A DNA stretch of 32,000 nt, taken from contig NZ_LT906458.1 in NCBI RefSeq assembly GCF_900187275.1, positions 1,410,001 to 1,442,000 of the forward strand. The letters are read 5' to 3'. Positions 9,610 through 20,485 of this stretch are shown here, in pieces. How positions within the stretch are numbered: the first letter of the stretch is position 1; each line of letters opens with the position of its first letter. Source of the stretch: Pasteurella multocida (GTDB lineage Bacteria > Pseudomonadota > Gammaproteobacteria > Enterobacterales > Pasteurellaceae). Position numbers and translations under genes: made by a program. Below the pieces are notes generated by a model. That model ran no database searches, was not told the origin of the DNA, and saw only the letters and a list, made by a program, of their open reading frames with translations.

Positions 9610-9637
9610 TAAAGAGCGGTCAATTTCTAGCAATTTT

Positions 9638-9666
9638 TTCACAACAGGTCCGATTTGTGCTACAAT
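9638..9666 (+). promoter_or_regulatory. Sigma70-type promoter of the ABC efflux operon
   Basis: TTCACA (9638-9643), 17-bp spacer, TACAAT (9661-9666), about 40 nt upstream of the adaptor ATG. Confidence 0.55.
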
Positions 9667-9707
9667 CTTGTTCACATTACATATCTTTCATTTATAAGGA
9701 GATCGTA

Positions 9708-10673
9708 ATGAAAAAATGGCTCTTTATGCTTCCACTCATTGTCATTGGATGTGGCGTTTACTGGACACACTATCATCATGATAACCAACATACCGATATT
9801 GTGTCTTCAAATGGGCGTTTGGAATTTTTACGATTAGATGTTGCCAGTTTGTATGCCGGACGCGTCGAACAAGTCTTGGTCAAAGAAGGCGACTATGTCA
9901 ACAAAGATACGCTTCTAGCAACCCTCTCTTCTGATACGGTTAAAACCCAAGTCGATACGGCCTTCGCACGAAAACAACAAGCCCAACAAGCAGTAAAACG
10001 CGTACAAGCACAACTCAGTGCACAACAGCAACAACTCAACACTGCCCAATTAGATGTCGATAATGCACATAAATTGCGCAAAAATCAGCTAATTTCCTCA
10101 AGCGAATTTGAAAAACGTCTTGCTTTACGCGATGCTGCCCAAGCCAATTTACACGCATTAGACATCGCTGTACAAGAAGCACAAAGCAGCGTGGCGCAAG
10201 CGGATGCCCAATTACGGCAAGCACATGCTATTTTAGCAGATTTACAGATTAAAGCGCCTCAAGCAGGACGCGTTGTCTATAAATTAGTTGAAGTAGGCAA
10301 TGTGATCGCGGCGGGACAAAAAGTCATTAGCCTATTGGATCTTAATGAAGCCAGTATGTACTTGTTTTTTCCAGCCCCTATCGTCAATCAAATTCCCTTA
10401 CAAAGTGAAGCACGTCTTGTATTTGACGGTCTCGAGGCTGTTTTCCCTGCCACCGTTAGCTATGTATCAAGTGATGCTCAATTTACGCCTAAATTTGTTG
10501 AAACCACGACAGAACGGGAAAAATTGATGTTTAAAGTCAAATTGCAGATCCCCTCAGATATCGCACAAAAATATGCTGACTATCTGAAAGGCGGTATGAC
10601 GGGAAATGGTTATATCCGGCTTTCCTCGTCCACTGAGTGGCCAGCCGAGCTACAACTTCACTTACCAGACTAA
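9708..10673 (+). CDS. HlyD-family periplasmic adaptor (YhiI/YbhG-like membrane fusion protein)
   Basis: Start chosen at the ATG preceded by AAGGAG. MKKWLFMLPLIVIGCGVYW is an N-terminal anchor. A long Gln/Ala-rich coiled-coil region and beta-barrel/lipoyl-like segments are typical of HlyD-family adaptors. The track ORF start at 9567 overlaps the promoter. Confidence 0.85.
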   Translation: MKKWLFMLPLIVIGCGVYWTHYHHDNQHTDIVSSNGRLEFLRLDVASLYAGRVEQVLVKEGDYVNKDTLLATLSSDTVKTQVDTAFARKQQAQQAVKRVQAQLSAQQQQLNTAQLDVDNAHKLRKNQLISSSEFEKRLALRDAAQANLHALDIAVQEAQSSVAQADAQLRQAHAILADLQIKAPQAGRVVYKLVEVGNVIAAGQKVISLLDLNEASMYLFFPAPIVNQIPLQSEARLVFDGLEAVFPATVSYVSSDAQFTPKFVETTTEREKLMFKVKLQIPSDIAQKYADYLKGGMTGNGYIRLSSSTEWPAELQLHLPD

Positions 10674-10687
10674 GCGCAGGAGGGGGC

Positions 10688-13420
10688 ATGAACACAATTC
10701 GTGTCGTGAATGTGACCCATACTTACCAAAAAACGACCGCACTTGATCAAGTGTCACTCTCACTTCCTGCGGGCAGTACGGTTGGATTAATTGGACCTGA
10801 CGGTGTGGGCAAATCCACTTTACTTTCCTTACTCGCAGGCGTGAAAATCCTACAACAAGGACAGATCACGGTCTTCGGTCTCAGCCAAGCCGAGAAAGCA
10901 GAGCGTGAGTGCTTACTCAAACGCATTGCTTTTATGCCACAAGGGCTTGGTCGCAACCTTTACCCCACTCTCTCGGTGTATGAAAATATCGAATTTCATG
11001 CCTGCTTATTTGGTCTCACGCAGACACAACGTCAACAACGGATTCAACGTTTATTACTTGCCACAGGACTCGCCCCTTTTCAAAAACGGGCCGCGGGAAA
11101 CCTTTCTGGTGGTATGAAACAGAAACTGAGTTTATGTTGTGCCTTGGTGCATAATCCAGATTTATTAATCTTAGACGAACCGACAACCGGTGTGGATCCC
11201 CTTTCACGCCAGCAGTTCTGGACTTTAGTCAATGAACTCCGCCACGAAAATCCCGCTATGACTGTTCTCGTAGCGACTGCATATATTGAAGAAGCCGCTC
11301 AATTTGAACATTTAATTGCGATGGATGAGGGAAAAATTTTAATGAGTGCCCCGACACAACAGGTATTAGAAGCCACTATGTCGGACAACCTCGAACAAGC
11401 TTACATTAAATTATTGCCAGAAACCAAGCAAACCCATTGGCATGCCGAGCAAATTCCACCGTTCTGCGCGGATCCAACGTTACCCTTTGCCATCGAAGCA
11501 GAAGGACTGACCAAAAAATTTGGCACCTTTACCGCTGTTGACCAAGTCAGCTTTAACATTCCACAAGGGGAAATTTTCGGTTTTTTAGGCTCGAATGGTT
11601 GTGGCAAAAGTACCACCATGAAAATGCTAACCGGCTTACTTGATGCAACAGAAGGCACAGCAACTTTGTTGGGTGAACCCATTGATTCAGGGAAAATGGA
11701 GACACGCCAACAAGTAGGCTATATGTCGCAGGCATTTTCTCTTTATGAAGAGCTGACCATTCGCCAAAATTTACTATTACATGCCAAACTCTATGATCTC
11801 ACCGGTGAACGTGCAACTCAGGCCGTTTCGCAAGCGCTTGATCAATTTCAACTCATCGACGTCGCGGAGAAATTACCACGTGACTTATCCTTAGGTATAC
11901 GTCAACGCTTACAGCTTGCCGCTGCTTGTTTACATCACCCCAAAGTCTTAATTTTAGATGAGCCGACTTCCGGAGTTGACCCTGCTGCACGGGATATGTT
12001 TTGGCAATACCTCATTCAACTTTCAAGAGAAGAAAAAATCACGATTTTTGTTTCAACGCACTTTATGAATGAAGCACTACGTTGTGACCGTATTTCATTA
12101 ATGCATCGCGGTAAAGTACTCGCAGTTGGCACCCCCGAATCCCTCTGTCAACAACGTCAAACCGATAATTTAGAAGAAGCATTCATTGCATTTCTTGCTG
12201 ACTACCCCGAAACAGAAGTGCCCGCGACCTCTTCACAAGTACCTTCCAGCGTAGTAGCGCCACCCCATAATCAAGACATGACACACTCAAGCTCACTCAG
12301 GCTTTGGTTTAACTCGATTTGGACCTTTGCTCGACGTGAAAGCAAAGAAATTTTACGTGATCATATCCGCTTAATTTTCATCATTCTGGGACCGATTATT
12401 TTACTCTTTGCTGGCAGTTGGGGACTGTCTTTTGATACCAACAGCCAGAATTTTGCAGTTCTCGATCAAGATCAAAGTGCAGAGAGCCGCCAACTTATTG
12501 AAGCATTCGAACAGTCTGCTTATTTTAACGCCATTGCGCCGTTAAACGTGCGGTCTGATTTAGCTACACTTCTAAAAACAGGGCAAGCACGACTATTAAT
12601 TGAAATTCCACATCATTTTGGGCGAGATTTATTACAACAACGTCAACCTGAAATTGCCTTTTATATTGACGGTTCAATGCCATTTACAGGGGAAAATATC
12701 GTTTCCTACATACAACAAATTTTACGCCAATACCAAACGCAACTGTATCAGCAACAAGGCATCGACTTACCACAACTTGCACAGTTAGAAGTGCGTTTTA
12801 TGTATAACCAAACGTTCCGCAGTGTGAATGCCATTTCGCCCGGTCTGATTATGGTCACATTGATGTTGATTCCTTCCATGATGACCGCACTTGCCGTGGT
12901 GCGTGAAAAAGAAATTGGTTCTATCACCAACCTCTATGGATCACCCGCAAGCGTTTTGCAGTATGTGCTTGGTAAACAACTCCCTTATGTGTTTTTAGCT
13001 TTGACCAGTTATTTTTTGCTAGTTGCTATGACCGTTTGGATTATTGGAGTGGACATCACTGGCTCTTTTTGGGCAATGACATTAGGCGCCTTGTGCTTAA
13101 TCTTATCCGCCACTGCCTTTGGCTTATTAGTCTCTGCCTTTGTGAAATCACAGGTCGCTGCTATTTTTGCTACCGCGATTATCAGTATCGTTCCAACGAT
13201 CAATTTTTCTGGTTTGCTCTACCCACGCTCAACCATTACAGGTTTAGGTTATTGGATGGGTGTAAGTTTTCCAACCAGTTGGTATCACTTGATCAGTTTA
13301 GGCGCCTTTACTAAAGGCTTGGGAATGAAGAGTTTTCTGCATTTATATCTGATTTTACTGCTCTTTTTTGCTGTTTATTTAGGGCTGACATGCTTCCTTT
13401 TGAAAAAACAGGAGAAATAA
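10688..13420 (+). CDS. Fused ABC transporter: two ATP-binding domains plus a C-terminal ABC-2 permease domain (RbbA/YhiH-like)
   Basis: Start at the ATG preceded by AGGAGGGGG. Walker A GPDGVGKST and GSNGCGKST, signatures LSGGMKQKL and LSLGIRQRL, Walker B LLILDEPT and VLILDEPT. The C-terminal ~370 aa is a multi-span hydrophobic region. Architecture matches E. coli RbbA. Confidence 0.9.
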   Translation: MNTIRVVNVTHTYQKTTALDQVSLSLPAGSTVGLIGPDGVGKSTLLSLLAGVKILQQGQITVFGLSQAEKAERECLLKRIAFMPQGLGRNLYPTLSVYENIEFHACLFGLTQTQRQQRIQRLLLATGLAPFQKRAAGNLSGGMKQKLSLCCALVHNPDLLILDEPTTGVDPLSRQQFWTLVNELRHENPAMTVLVATAYIEEAAQFEHLIAMDEGKILMSAPTQQVLEATMSDNLEQAYIKLLPETKQTHWHAEQIPPFCADPTLPFAIEAEGLTKKFGTFTAVDQVSFNIPQGEIFGFLGSNGCGKSTTMKMLTGLLDATEGTATLLGEPIDSGKMETRQQVGYMSQAFSLYEELTIRQNLLLHAKLYDLTGERATQAVSQALDQFQLIDVAEKLPRDLSLGIRQRLQLAAACLHHPKVLILDEPTSGVDPAARDMFWQYLIQLSREEKITIFVSTHFMNEALRCDRISLMHRGKVLAVGTPESLCQQRQTDNLEEAFIAFLADYPETEVPATSSQVPSSVVAPPHNQDMTHSSSLRLWFNSIWTFARRESKEILRDHIRLIFIILGPIILLFAGSWGLSFDTNSQNFAVLDQDQSAESRQLIEAFEQSAYFNAIAPLNVRSDLATLLKTGQARLLIEIPHHFGRDLLQQRQPEIAFYIDGSMPFTGENIVSYIQQILRQYQTQLYQQQGIDLPQLAQLEVRFMYNQTFRSVNAISPGLIMVTLMLIPSMMTALAVVREKEIGSITNLYGSPASVLQYVLGKQLPYVFLALTSYFLLVAMTVWIIGVDITGSFWAMTLGALCLILSATAFGLLVSAFVKSQVAAIFATAIISIVPTINFSGLLYPRSTITGLGYWMGVSFPTSWYHLISLGAFTKGLGMKSFLHLYLILLLFFAVYLGLTCFLLKKQEK

Positions 13421-13421
13421 C

Positions 13422-14546
13422 ATGAAACGTTGGATAAAAAATGTTTATTTCTTATCTGGTAAAGAAATACGTAGTTTCTTTAGCGATTACACTTTATTGG
13501 TGTTAGTGATTATTATGTTTACGGTGATGATCTATTCCATCGCCAAAGGCATCACGACCGAAGTCAAAAATGCCACGGTAGCAATCTTAAATGAAGATCG
13601 CAGTCCCCTTTCTTACCGTATTCAAGATGCGATGCTCCCTCCACAATTCAAGTCAGTGGTTGAAATCCAACGTGCAGACATTGATGCGGCTATGGACAGT
13701 GGTGAGTTTATCTTCGTACTCACTATCCCTCCTCATTTCAGTGCTGATGTGTTAGCGCATAAACAACCTGAACTACAATTATTAGTAGATGCCACCGCTA
13801 TGTCACAAGCTGCGGTAGGTGCAGGCTATTTGAGCCACATCATTCAGCAACAACTGTCGGAATACTTAAGTCATATCCCCTTGGATAGAACACTGCTCGA
13901 ACCTAAACTGAATGTTTTATTTAATCCCAATTTAAAAACCGAGTGGTATATGCCAATTACACAAATTACTGGTAACTCGACCTTACTCACCCTAATTTTA
14001 GTAGGCGCCGCGGTGATTCGAGAACGAGAGCATGGCACCATTGAACACTTACTGGTGATGCCTGTTAGCGCGAGTGAAATTGTTATCTCAAAAATTTTAG
14101 CTAATGGCTTCATTATCCTCATCGCCGCCTTCTTATCTTTATATTTTGTAGTGCATCAATTCATTGGGGTACCAATCAATGGCTCAATGACGTTATTCAT
14201 CGTCACAGAAGCCATTTTCCTGTCCTCTATGGCAGGGCTTGGCATTTATTTAGCGACCCATGCCCCTACGATGCCGCAGTTCAGCTTATTGTGTTTACCT
14301 GTCTATGTGGTGTTATATCTTCTGTCTGGCAGTTTATCCCCATTAGAAAATATGCCTGTGGCAGTTCAGTATCTCATGCAACTGTCCCCCTTAACCCAAT
14401 TCATTTCGATTGGTCAAGATGTGCTCTTTCGTGGGGCAGGATTTACTGTGATTTGGCCGAAAGTACTGATGATAAGCCTAATGGGCGCATTTTTTATTGT
14501 AGTGGCGATTTTCCGTTTTAGACACATGCTCGCGCGTCAAAGCTAA
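13422..14546 (+). CDS. ABC-2 type transporter permease (YhhJ-like)
   Basis: 374 aa: N-terminal TM helix, large periplasmic loop, then five or more TM segments. The ATG is 1 nt after the upstream stop, with AGGAG inside the upstream gene, which suggests translational coupling. Confidence 0.88.
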   Translation: MKRWIKNVYFLSGKEIRSFFSDYTLLVLVIIMFTVMIYSIAKGITTEVKNATVAILNEDRSPLSYRIQDAMLPPQFKSVVEIQRADIDAAMDSGEFIFVLTIPPHFSADVLAHKQPELQLLVDATAMSQAAVGAGYLSHIIQQQLSEYLSHIPLDRTLLEPKLNVLFNPNLKTEWYMPITQITGNSTLLTLILVGAAVIREREHGTIEHLLVMPVSASEIVISKILANGFIILIAAFLSLYFVVHQFIGVPINGSMTLFIVTEAIFLSSMAGLGIYLATHAPTMPQFSLLCLPVYVVLYLLSGSLSPLENMPVAVQYLMQLSPLTQFISIGQDVLFRGAGFTVIWPKVLMISLMGAFFIVVAIFRFRHMLARQS

Positions 14547-14555
14547 GGAGCGATT

Positions 14556-15947
14556 ATGCAAAAAACAATGATGACTTTTCTGCTCAGCAGCATGCTACTG
14601 GGCTGTCAGCAGACCGAAGTGGATTTACAGTCTAATATCCAATTACCTGATGTTTATCAATATGCACGCCTAGAAAAGGGGGCGCCAATCGTCCAAAATT
14701 GGTGGGAAAGTTGGCAAGATCCACAACTTAGCCGTTTAATCCAGCAAGGTTTAGCACAAAACCACCAACTTGCGATCGCTAAAAGTAAAATACAAGAAGC
14801 ACAAGCAATCGTGAAAATCGCACAATCCACGCGTTTCCCTACCATTGCTGCCCTTGCCAATAGCGGTAAATCTCACCTTGATATTGAACAAATTGATATC
14901 ACGCCAAGCGGTGTATTAGGTGGCATACGTGTTGCTTGGGAGCCTGATATTTTTGGACAAAAACGCAGTGATACTGATGCTGCACAAGCCACCGTATTGG
15001 GCGCTCAACAACAGTTTTATGCTGCGCAAATCCTTGTGGCAAGTGAAATTGCCCATTATTACTTGCAAGCGCTCCACAACAAAAAACAACAAGCGTTATT
15101 ACAACGTACTCAAATGGCGCTAAAAGCCTTACAAAACTATATTGAGGGACGCTTTAATGCGGGGCAAGCTAGTGCTTATGAGCGCAATGAAATCAAAATA
15201 AAACGCCACTCTCTTGCAGCCAAACAAGCGATACTCGATGCCCAATTTATTGCCGCCCAAAATGCGATTGCCGTGCTGATTGGAGAAACGCCACAACACT
15301 TTAAGTTGGATATTGGGCAAATGCAAAACGTGGATATCCTCTCTCACTTACCGCGACCACCAAAAGGAATACAACCTGCTGATTTACTTCATCAGCGTCC
15401 TGATATTCAAGCCCAAACTGCCAATGTGAAAGCCCACGCAGCTAAATTAGCCAGTGCTAAAGCGGATTTATTTCCCCGCTTCACACTCGATTTCCTCTGG
15501 CAAACCGGACGTATTAAATTAGACGCGGACTTACCGACATTACAAGCTTGGCAAAACGTTGTCAGCGCAGGAATCCAGTTACCGATTTTCACTGCAGGAC
15601 GTATCCAAGCGAACATTCAGGCAAGCGATGAACGCTTACAACAAGCCTTACTTCAATATGATCGCACTTTATTACAAGCTCTAGCAGAAGTCGAAAATCA
15701 CTATCAACAACAATTTTCACTCACTCAGCAAGCACGTTTATTAACACAGGCAAGTCGCACTCAGCAACAGCAAGTACGTGATACACAGAAATTGTTTCAA
15801 TATGGCGACTATACCTTTGATCGTGTATTGCAAGCGCGCCTCGATGCCTTGACCTTAGAAGAAAAACAGCTTGAAAATCAACTGGCTTGTGCCATGAATT
15901 TAGTCTTGTTATACAAAGCTATCGGCGTTGGTTGGCAATCGCAATAA
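14556..15947 (+). CDS. Outer-membrane efflux lipoprotein (NodT/TolC-family outer membrane factor)
   Basis: 463 aa. Signal peptide with lipobox LLGC. Two repeated Gln/Ala-rich coiled-coil halves, as in OprM/NodT-type factors. AAGGAG lies 6 nt upstream of the ATG. Confidence 0.88.
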   Translation: MQKTMMTFLLSSMLLGCQQTEVDLQSNIQLPDVYQYARLEKGAPIVQNWWESWQDPQLSRLIQQGLAQNHQLAIAKSKIQEAQAIVKIAQSTRFPTIAALANSGKSHLDIEQIDITPSGVLGGIRVAWEPDIFGQKRSDTDAAQATVLGAQQQFYAAQILVASEIAHYYLQALHNKKQQALLQRTQMALKALQNYIEGRFNAGQASAYERNEIKIKRHSLAAKQAILDAQFIAAQNAIAVLIGETPQHFKLDIGQMQNVDILSHLPRPPKGIQPADLLHQRPDIQAQTANVKAHAAKLASAKADLFPRFTLDFLWQTGRIKLDADLPTLQAWQNVVSAGIQLPIFTAGRIQANIQASDERLQQALLQYDRTLLQALAEVENHYQQQFSLTQQARLLTQASRTQQQQVRDTQKLFQYGDYTFDRVLQARLDALTLEEKQLENQLACAMNLVLLYKAIGVGWQSQ

Positions 15948-15968
15948 TGCCTTCTACTTTCCTGATAC

Positions 15969-15997
15969 GAAAAAAAGCCTAGCAAATTCGCTAGGCT
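15969..15997 (-). terminator. Rho-independent terminator of ppiD (shared convergent spacer with the efflux operon)
   Basis: Stem agcctagc (15976-15983) / gctaggct (15990-15997). On the minus strand it is followed by TTTTTT. There is no T-run on the plus strand. Confidence 0.7.
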
Positions 15998-16019
15998 CTC
16001 ATGTCACAAGTTTTACGTC

Positions 16020-17900
16020 TTATTGCTCTTCATTTTGCTGGAAGAACTTTTCATTCACTTCAATTTTCGCTTTCGCTCGTAAAGCTTGTAATAAAGTATT
16101 TTGCAACGCAACTTGACGGGCTTGTGCAAGCTGTTTTGTGAATAATTCACTTTCTGCTGCACTTAATGCACCTTGCTCAATATGACTTAATTCCACTAAA
16201 ACCACCTCGCCATTGCTTGCTTTCGATGCGATATAGCTCGGTTTATTATCCGTTAATGACATGGCAAAAATCACATTATTTAATGCCGCATCGCGATTTT
16301 CAGCAAAAACCCATTTCTCCGCTGAGCCAAACTGAACGCCTTCTGGTAACGTTGAGCTTGCATTGTCATTTAAACGCTGTGCCGCTTGGTTTGCTTCTGC
16401 CAATACAATTTCTTCTGCTTTTTGGCGCTTCAAGTAGCTGATAATATCGGCTTTTGCTTCCTCTAAGCTTCTTGTACCTTCGGGTTTGTTTGCAATAACA
16501 CGCACGAGCACAGCATGTTGTTCGCCCACATTCATCGGCTCAGAGTTCACGCCCCCTTGTGAGATATCAGAATGGAAGATCGCCGAAATCACATTTGGAT
16601 AATTTAACGCCGCAGGCACATCATTTGCTGAGAAAAAGTCTGTCTCTTGAATGGTTAATCCCGCCACTTCAGCAGCTTTTTCTAATCCTTCTGGGTGTTC
16701 AAACGCTTTTTCTGCCAGTTGTTTTTCAATCGAGAAATACTGATTATTGACTAAATTCTGACGAATTTGATCTGCAATCTGGGTTTTCACAACCTCTAAT
16801 GGTAAAGTTGATGGTTCTTTACGCTCTGTGACCAAAATAATATGGAACTGTTCATCTACTTTCACCGGTTGACTGAATTGCCCCACTTGAAGCGCATTAG
16901 CTGCCTCTTCAAAAGCTTTTGGGAACGTCCCCGCACTGGCCCAACTCAAATCACCACCATTTTCAGCAGAAATTTTATCGAGTGAACGCGCGCTCGCTAA
17001 ACCAGCAAAATTAGCGCCATCTTGCAATGCTTGATAAATCTCTTTGGCTTCCGCTTCCGTTGCCACTTGAATATGCGATAAGCGTTGCTGACCTTGGGAC
17101 ACATAAAGGGCTTTATTATCTTGATAATATTGTGCAATTTCTACATCTGACACTTGAATATGTTTTTCGACATCAGCACGTGTTAATGTCATATATTGCA
17201 CTTTAGCCAATTCTGGTACTAAAAACGCCCCTTTATTTGCTTCATAATACGCACTAACCTCTTCATCGGAAATGGTTTGCTTTTCTAACACTTGATCGAG
17301 CGAAAATGGCGCTAAACGTACTGTTCTTGCTTGAAAGAACAATTCCGTTAATTGCGCTTGTTGTGCAGGAACAATAAATTCACTTTCCGCTAATCCCGTT
17401 TGCAACTGCTCTAAACGTAACCCCTCACGCACAATATTGGCGTAGGTATCTGGCGTTAAGCCATTTAATTGCAACATGCGCTGATACAGGGCATTATCAA
17501 ATTTTCCTTCTTGTTGGAAAAATTGACTTGTCACAATTTCTTGTTTAACACGCTCATCACTAATACCTATTTTCAACTCATCAGCATACTGGCGTAATAA
17601 TTCTTGGTTAATTAAATTATTTAGCACACTTTGTCTTAAACCAGCCACAAACTCAGGCGAGCCCGATAAAGCGGCAAATTGTGCACCGAGTTGCTGTCTT
17701 AAACGCTCTGACTCTGATTCATAACGTTGATAAAAGGTTTGTTGTGAAATTTCTTCACCATTGATTTTTACCGCTGAAGTATCTACGCGCGTAAAAACGT
17801 AACCTGTAATCCCGCTTAACACAAAAGCCACAGCAATCAGACCTAACAAAAATTTGGATACCCAACTGTTTGTCATGCCGTGAAGTTTTTCAATTAACAT
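16020..17900 (-). CDS. ppiD: Periplasmic chaperone / peptidyl-prolyl isomerase PpiD
   Basis: 626 aa with an N-terminal membrane anchor (FLLGLIAVAFVLSGITGYVF), SurA-like N-domain and a central parvulin-like segment. Located next to lon, as in enterobacteria. Confidence 0.9.
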   Translation of the reverse strand: MLIEKLHGMTNSWVSKFLLGLIAVAFVLSGITGYVFTRVDTSAVKINGEEISQQTFYQRYESESERLRQQLGAQFAALSGSPEFVAGLRQSVLNNLINQELLRQYADELKIGISDERVKQEIVTSQFFQQEGKFDNALYQRMLQLNGLTPDTYANIVREGLRLEQLQTGLAESEFIVPAQQAQLTELFFQARTVRLAPFSLDQVLEKQTISDEEVSAYYEANKGAFLVPELAKVQYMTLTRADVEKHIQVSDVEIAQYYQDNKALYVSQGQQRLSHIQVATEAEAKEIYQALQDGANFAGLASARSLDKISAENGGDLSWASAGTFPKAFEEAANALQVGQFSQPVKVDEQFHIILVTERKEPSTLPLEVVKTQIADQIRQNLVNNQYFSIEKQLAEKAFEHPEGLEKAAEVAGLTIQETDFFSANDVPAALNYPNVISAIFHSDISQGGVNSEPMNVGEQHAVLVRVIANKPEGTRSLEEAKADIISYLKRQKAEEIVLAEANQAAQRLNDNASSTLPEGVQFGSAEKWVFAENRDAALNNVIFAMSLTDNKPSYIASKASNGEVVLVELSHIEQGALSAAESELFTKQLAQARQVALQNTLLQALRAKAKIEVNEKFFQQNEEQ

Positions 17901-17980
17901 TGTTATTATCCTATACGTATTTAAATCAACCGAAAATGTGTACGATTATAATCAAAAGTACTGATTTTCGCACTGGCAAA

Positions 17981-18012
17981 ATAAAATAAGCCAAATCATA
18001 ACAATTTGGCTT
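17981..18012 (-). terminator. Rho-independent terminator of lon
   Basis: Stem aagccaaat (17988-17996) / atttggctt (18004-18012). The minus strand is followed by AUUUUAU. Confidence 0.6.
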
Positions 18013-18030
18013 TATTTATAAAAGTATTAA

Positions 18031-20445
18031 TTAATTGACCGCACTTTTACGTGAAGTAGATCGCCCTTTGCGGACCGTTTTCGCCGCACTAACCGGTGTT
18101 AATTTCATGAATTCAACCCCCGTTGGTGCATTTTCTAACGCAATTGTTAAGACTTCATCAATCGTTTCAACAGCATGAATCGTCAAATTACTTTTCGCGT
18201 TATCTGGAATCTCTTCCAAATCTTTCACGTTTTCTTTCGGAATAATCACCGTTTTAATACCACCACGGTGTGCCGCCAATAATTTCTCTTTCAAGCCACC
18301 AATTGGCAACACTTTACCACGCAAGGTGATCTCACCAGTCATTGCCACATCCGCTTTAACAGGGTTCCCCGTCAAGCAAGAAACTAATGCTGTACACATC
18401 GCAATCCCCGCACTTGGTCCATCTTTAGGCGTTGCTCCCTCTGGCACATGAATATGGATATCGCGTTTTTCATGGAAGTCAGACGCAATTCCCAATTTCT
18501 CTGCTCGCGAACGCACTACAGTCATCGCCGCTTGAATCGATTCTTTCATCACATCGCCTAGAGAGCCCGTATAAGTTAATTTGCCCTTACCCAAGACTGA
18601 CGCGGTTTCAATGGTTAGTAAATCACCACCCACTTCGGTCCAGGCTAAGCCTGTGACTTCACCAACACGGTTTTGCGTATCCGCACGACCAAATTCAAAG
18701 CGTTTCACGCCTAAGTAATCGTGTAAATTTGCCGAATTCACTTTCAACGATTTCACTTTTTTATCGAGTAATAAGTTTTTCACTGCTTTACGACAGATTT
18801 TAGAAATTTCACGTTCAAGGCTACGCACGCCGGCTTCACGGGTGTAGTAACGGATAATATCTAAAATCGCACTGTCTTCAATGGTCAACTCACCCGCTTT
18901 TAAGCCATTACGCTCCATTTGTTTTGCAATCAAATGACGTGTAGCAATATTGAGTTTTTCATCTTCGGTATAACCTGACAGACGAATCACTTCCATACGA
19001 TCCAATAATGGCGCAGGAATACGCATTGAGTTTGAGGTGGCCACAAACATCACATCAGACAGATCGTAGTCGACTTCTAAATAATGATCGTTAAATGAGG
19101 TATTTTGCTCAGGATCCAGCACTTCTAATAACGCTGATGCCGGATCTCCACGCATATCTGAACTCATTTTGTCGATTTCATCAAGCAAGAATAACGGGTT
19201 TTTTACCCCTACTTTTGCCATTTTCTGAATCAATTTACCCGGCAATGCTCCAATATAGGTTTTACGGTGACCACGAATTTCCGCTTCATCACGCACGCCA
19301 CCTAATGCCATCCGCACATATTTACGTCCCGTTGCTTGGGCAATCGACTGACCTAACGAGGTTTTTCCCACTCCCGGTGGACCAACTAGACACAGGATAG
19401 GTCCTTTGATTTGATTCAAACGGGTTTGTACCGCTAAATACTCTAAAATACGCTCTTTTACGCGCTCAAGTCCGTAATGATCTGCATCCAACACTTGTTG
19501 TGCTTTGGTCAGATCTTTCTTCACTTTGGTGCGTTTATGCCAAGGCACTTGAATCATCCAATCAATGTAACTACGTACGACTGTGGCTTCCGCCGACATC
19601 GGCGACATCATTTTTAATTTTTGTAATTCTGCTTCGGCTTTACTTTTCGCCTCTGCAGGCATTTTCGCCTCTTCAATTTTTTGGCGGAGTTGCTCAATTT
19701 CATCCGCACTATCCCCTTCGCCTAACTCTTTTTGAATGGCTTTGATTTGCTCATTTAAATAATAATCGCGCTGTGTTTTTTCCATTTGCTCTTTGACACG
19801 TCCACGAATGCGTTTTTCAATTTGCAATAAATCCGTTTCTGATTCCATTAAACCGAGCAAATATTCAAAACGGGCGACCACTTTGGCAACTTCAAGGACT
19901 TTTTGTTTGTGTTTGACTGCCACAGGCATATGCGCAGCTAAGGTATCACTTAAACGATCAAATTCTTCAATACGTTCAAGAGCTGCATGCACATCTGGTT
20001 GCACTTTCTTATTTAATTTTGCGTATTTTTCAAATTCTGCAAGGGTCGCTTTTTTGACGACTTCAAGTTCTTTATCATCACCAAATTCTGTTTCAATTAA
20101 GCGAATTTGGGCAGAAAAATACTCACCATTATCGTCTAACTGCTCAATAGTGGCACGTTGTTGCCCTTCGACGAGGACTTTTACTGTCCCATCGGGCAAT
20201 TTTAATAATTGAATAATATTAGCGACCGTACCAACGCGATACACATCATCCACTGTTGGTTCTTCTAAATCAGCTTGTTTTTGAGACACTAATAATAGCT
20301 GTTTACCAGTTTCCATTGCTTCATCGAGACTACGAATTGACTTCGGTCTCCCTACAAATAATGGCATCACCATATAAGGAAATACGACGACATCACGCAA
20401 TGGTAATACTGGAATGCTCTGTTGCTGTGTTTTTTTTGCGCTCAT
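18031..20445 (-). CDS. lon: ATP-dependent Lon protease
   Basis: 804 aa. N-terminal LON domain ([22 protein letters not shown]), Walker [10 protein letters not shown], catalytic-serine motif PKDGPSAG. Confidence 0.97.
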   Translation of the reverse strand: MSAKKTQQQSIPVLPLRDVVVFPYMVMPLFVGRPKSIRSLDEAMETGKQLLLVSQKQADLEEPTVDDVYRVGTVANIIQLLKLPDGTVKVLVEGQQRATIEQLDDNGEYFSAQIRLIETEFGDDKELEVVKKATLAEFEKYAKLNKKVQPDVHAALERIEEFDRLSDTLAAHMPVAVKHKQKVLEVAKVVARFEYLLGLMESETDLLQIEKRIRGRVKEQMEKTQRDYYLNEQIKAIQKELGEGDSADEIEQLRQKIEEAKMPAEAKSKAEAELQKLKMMSPMSAEATVVRSYIDWMIQVPWHKRTKVKKDLTKAQQVLDADHYGLERVKERILEYLAVQTRLNQIKGPILCLVGPPGVGKTSLGQSIAQATGRKYVRMALGGVRDEAEIRGHRKTYIGALPGKLIQKMAKVGVKNPLFLLDEIDKMSSDMRGDPASALLEVLDPEQNTSFNDHYLEVDYDLSDVMFVATSNSMRIPAPLLDRMEVIRLSGYTEDEKLNIATRHLIAKQMERNGLKAGELTIEDSAILDIIRYYTREAGVRSLEREISKICRKAVKNLLLDKKVKSLKVNSANLHDYLGVKRFEFGRADTQNRVGEVTGLAWTEVGGDLLTIETASVLGKGKLTYTGSLGDVMKESIQAAMTVVRSRAEKLGIASDFHEKRDIHIHVPEGATPKDGPSAGIAMCTALVSCLTGNPVKADVAMTGEITLRGKVLPIGGLKEKLLAAHRGGIKTVIIPKENVKDLEEIPDNAKSNLTIHAVETIDEVLTIALENAPTGVEFMKLTPVSAAKTVRKGRSTSRKSAVN

Positions 20446-20485
20446 TCCGTTCTCTCTTAGTTAAAAATTAGGCTACTTCGCTCAA

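Noticed and set aside
9567-9707. 5' extensions of track ORFs: adaptor from 9567, ABC gene from 10637, rpsB to 9512, dxr to 5375, clpP to 22429, srlA from 25797, srlB from 27474.
   Set aside because: In each case an internal ATG with a proper SD matches the N-terminus of known homologues. The extensions overlap promoters, the upstream gene or the leader region.
17901-18030. Missing hupB between lon and ppiD. E. coli has lon-hupB-ppiD.
   Set aside because: The 130-bp gap holds only the lon terminator and the ppiD promoter region, with no gene remnant visible. Pasteurellaceae commonly encode HU elsewhere, so this is a lineage difference and not an anomaly.
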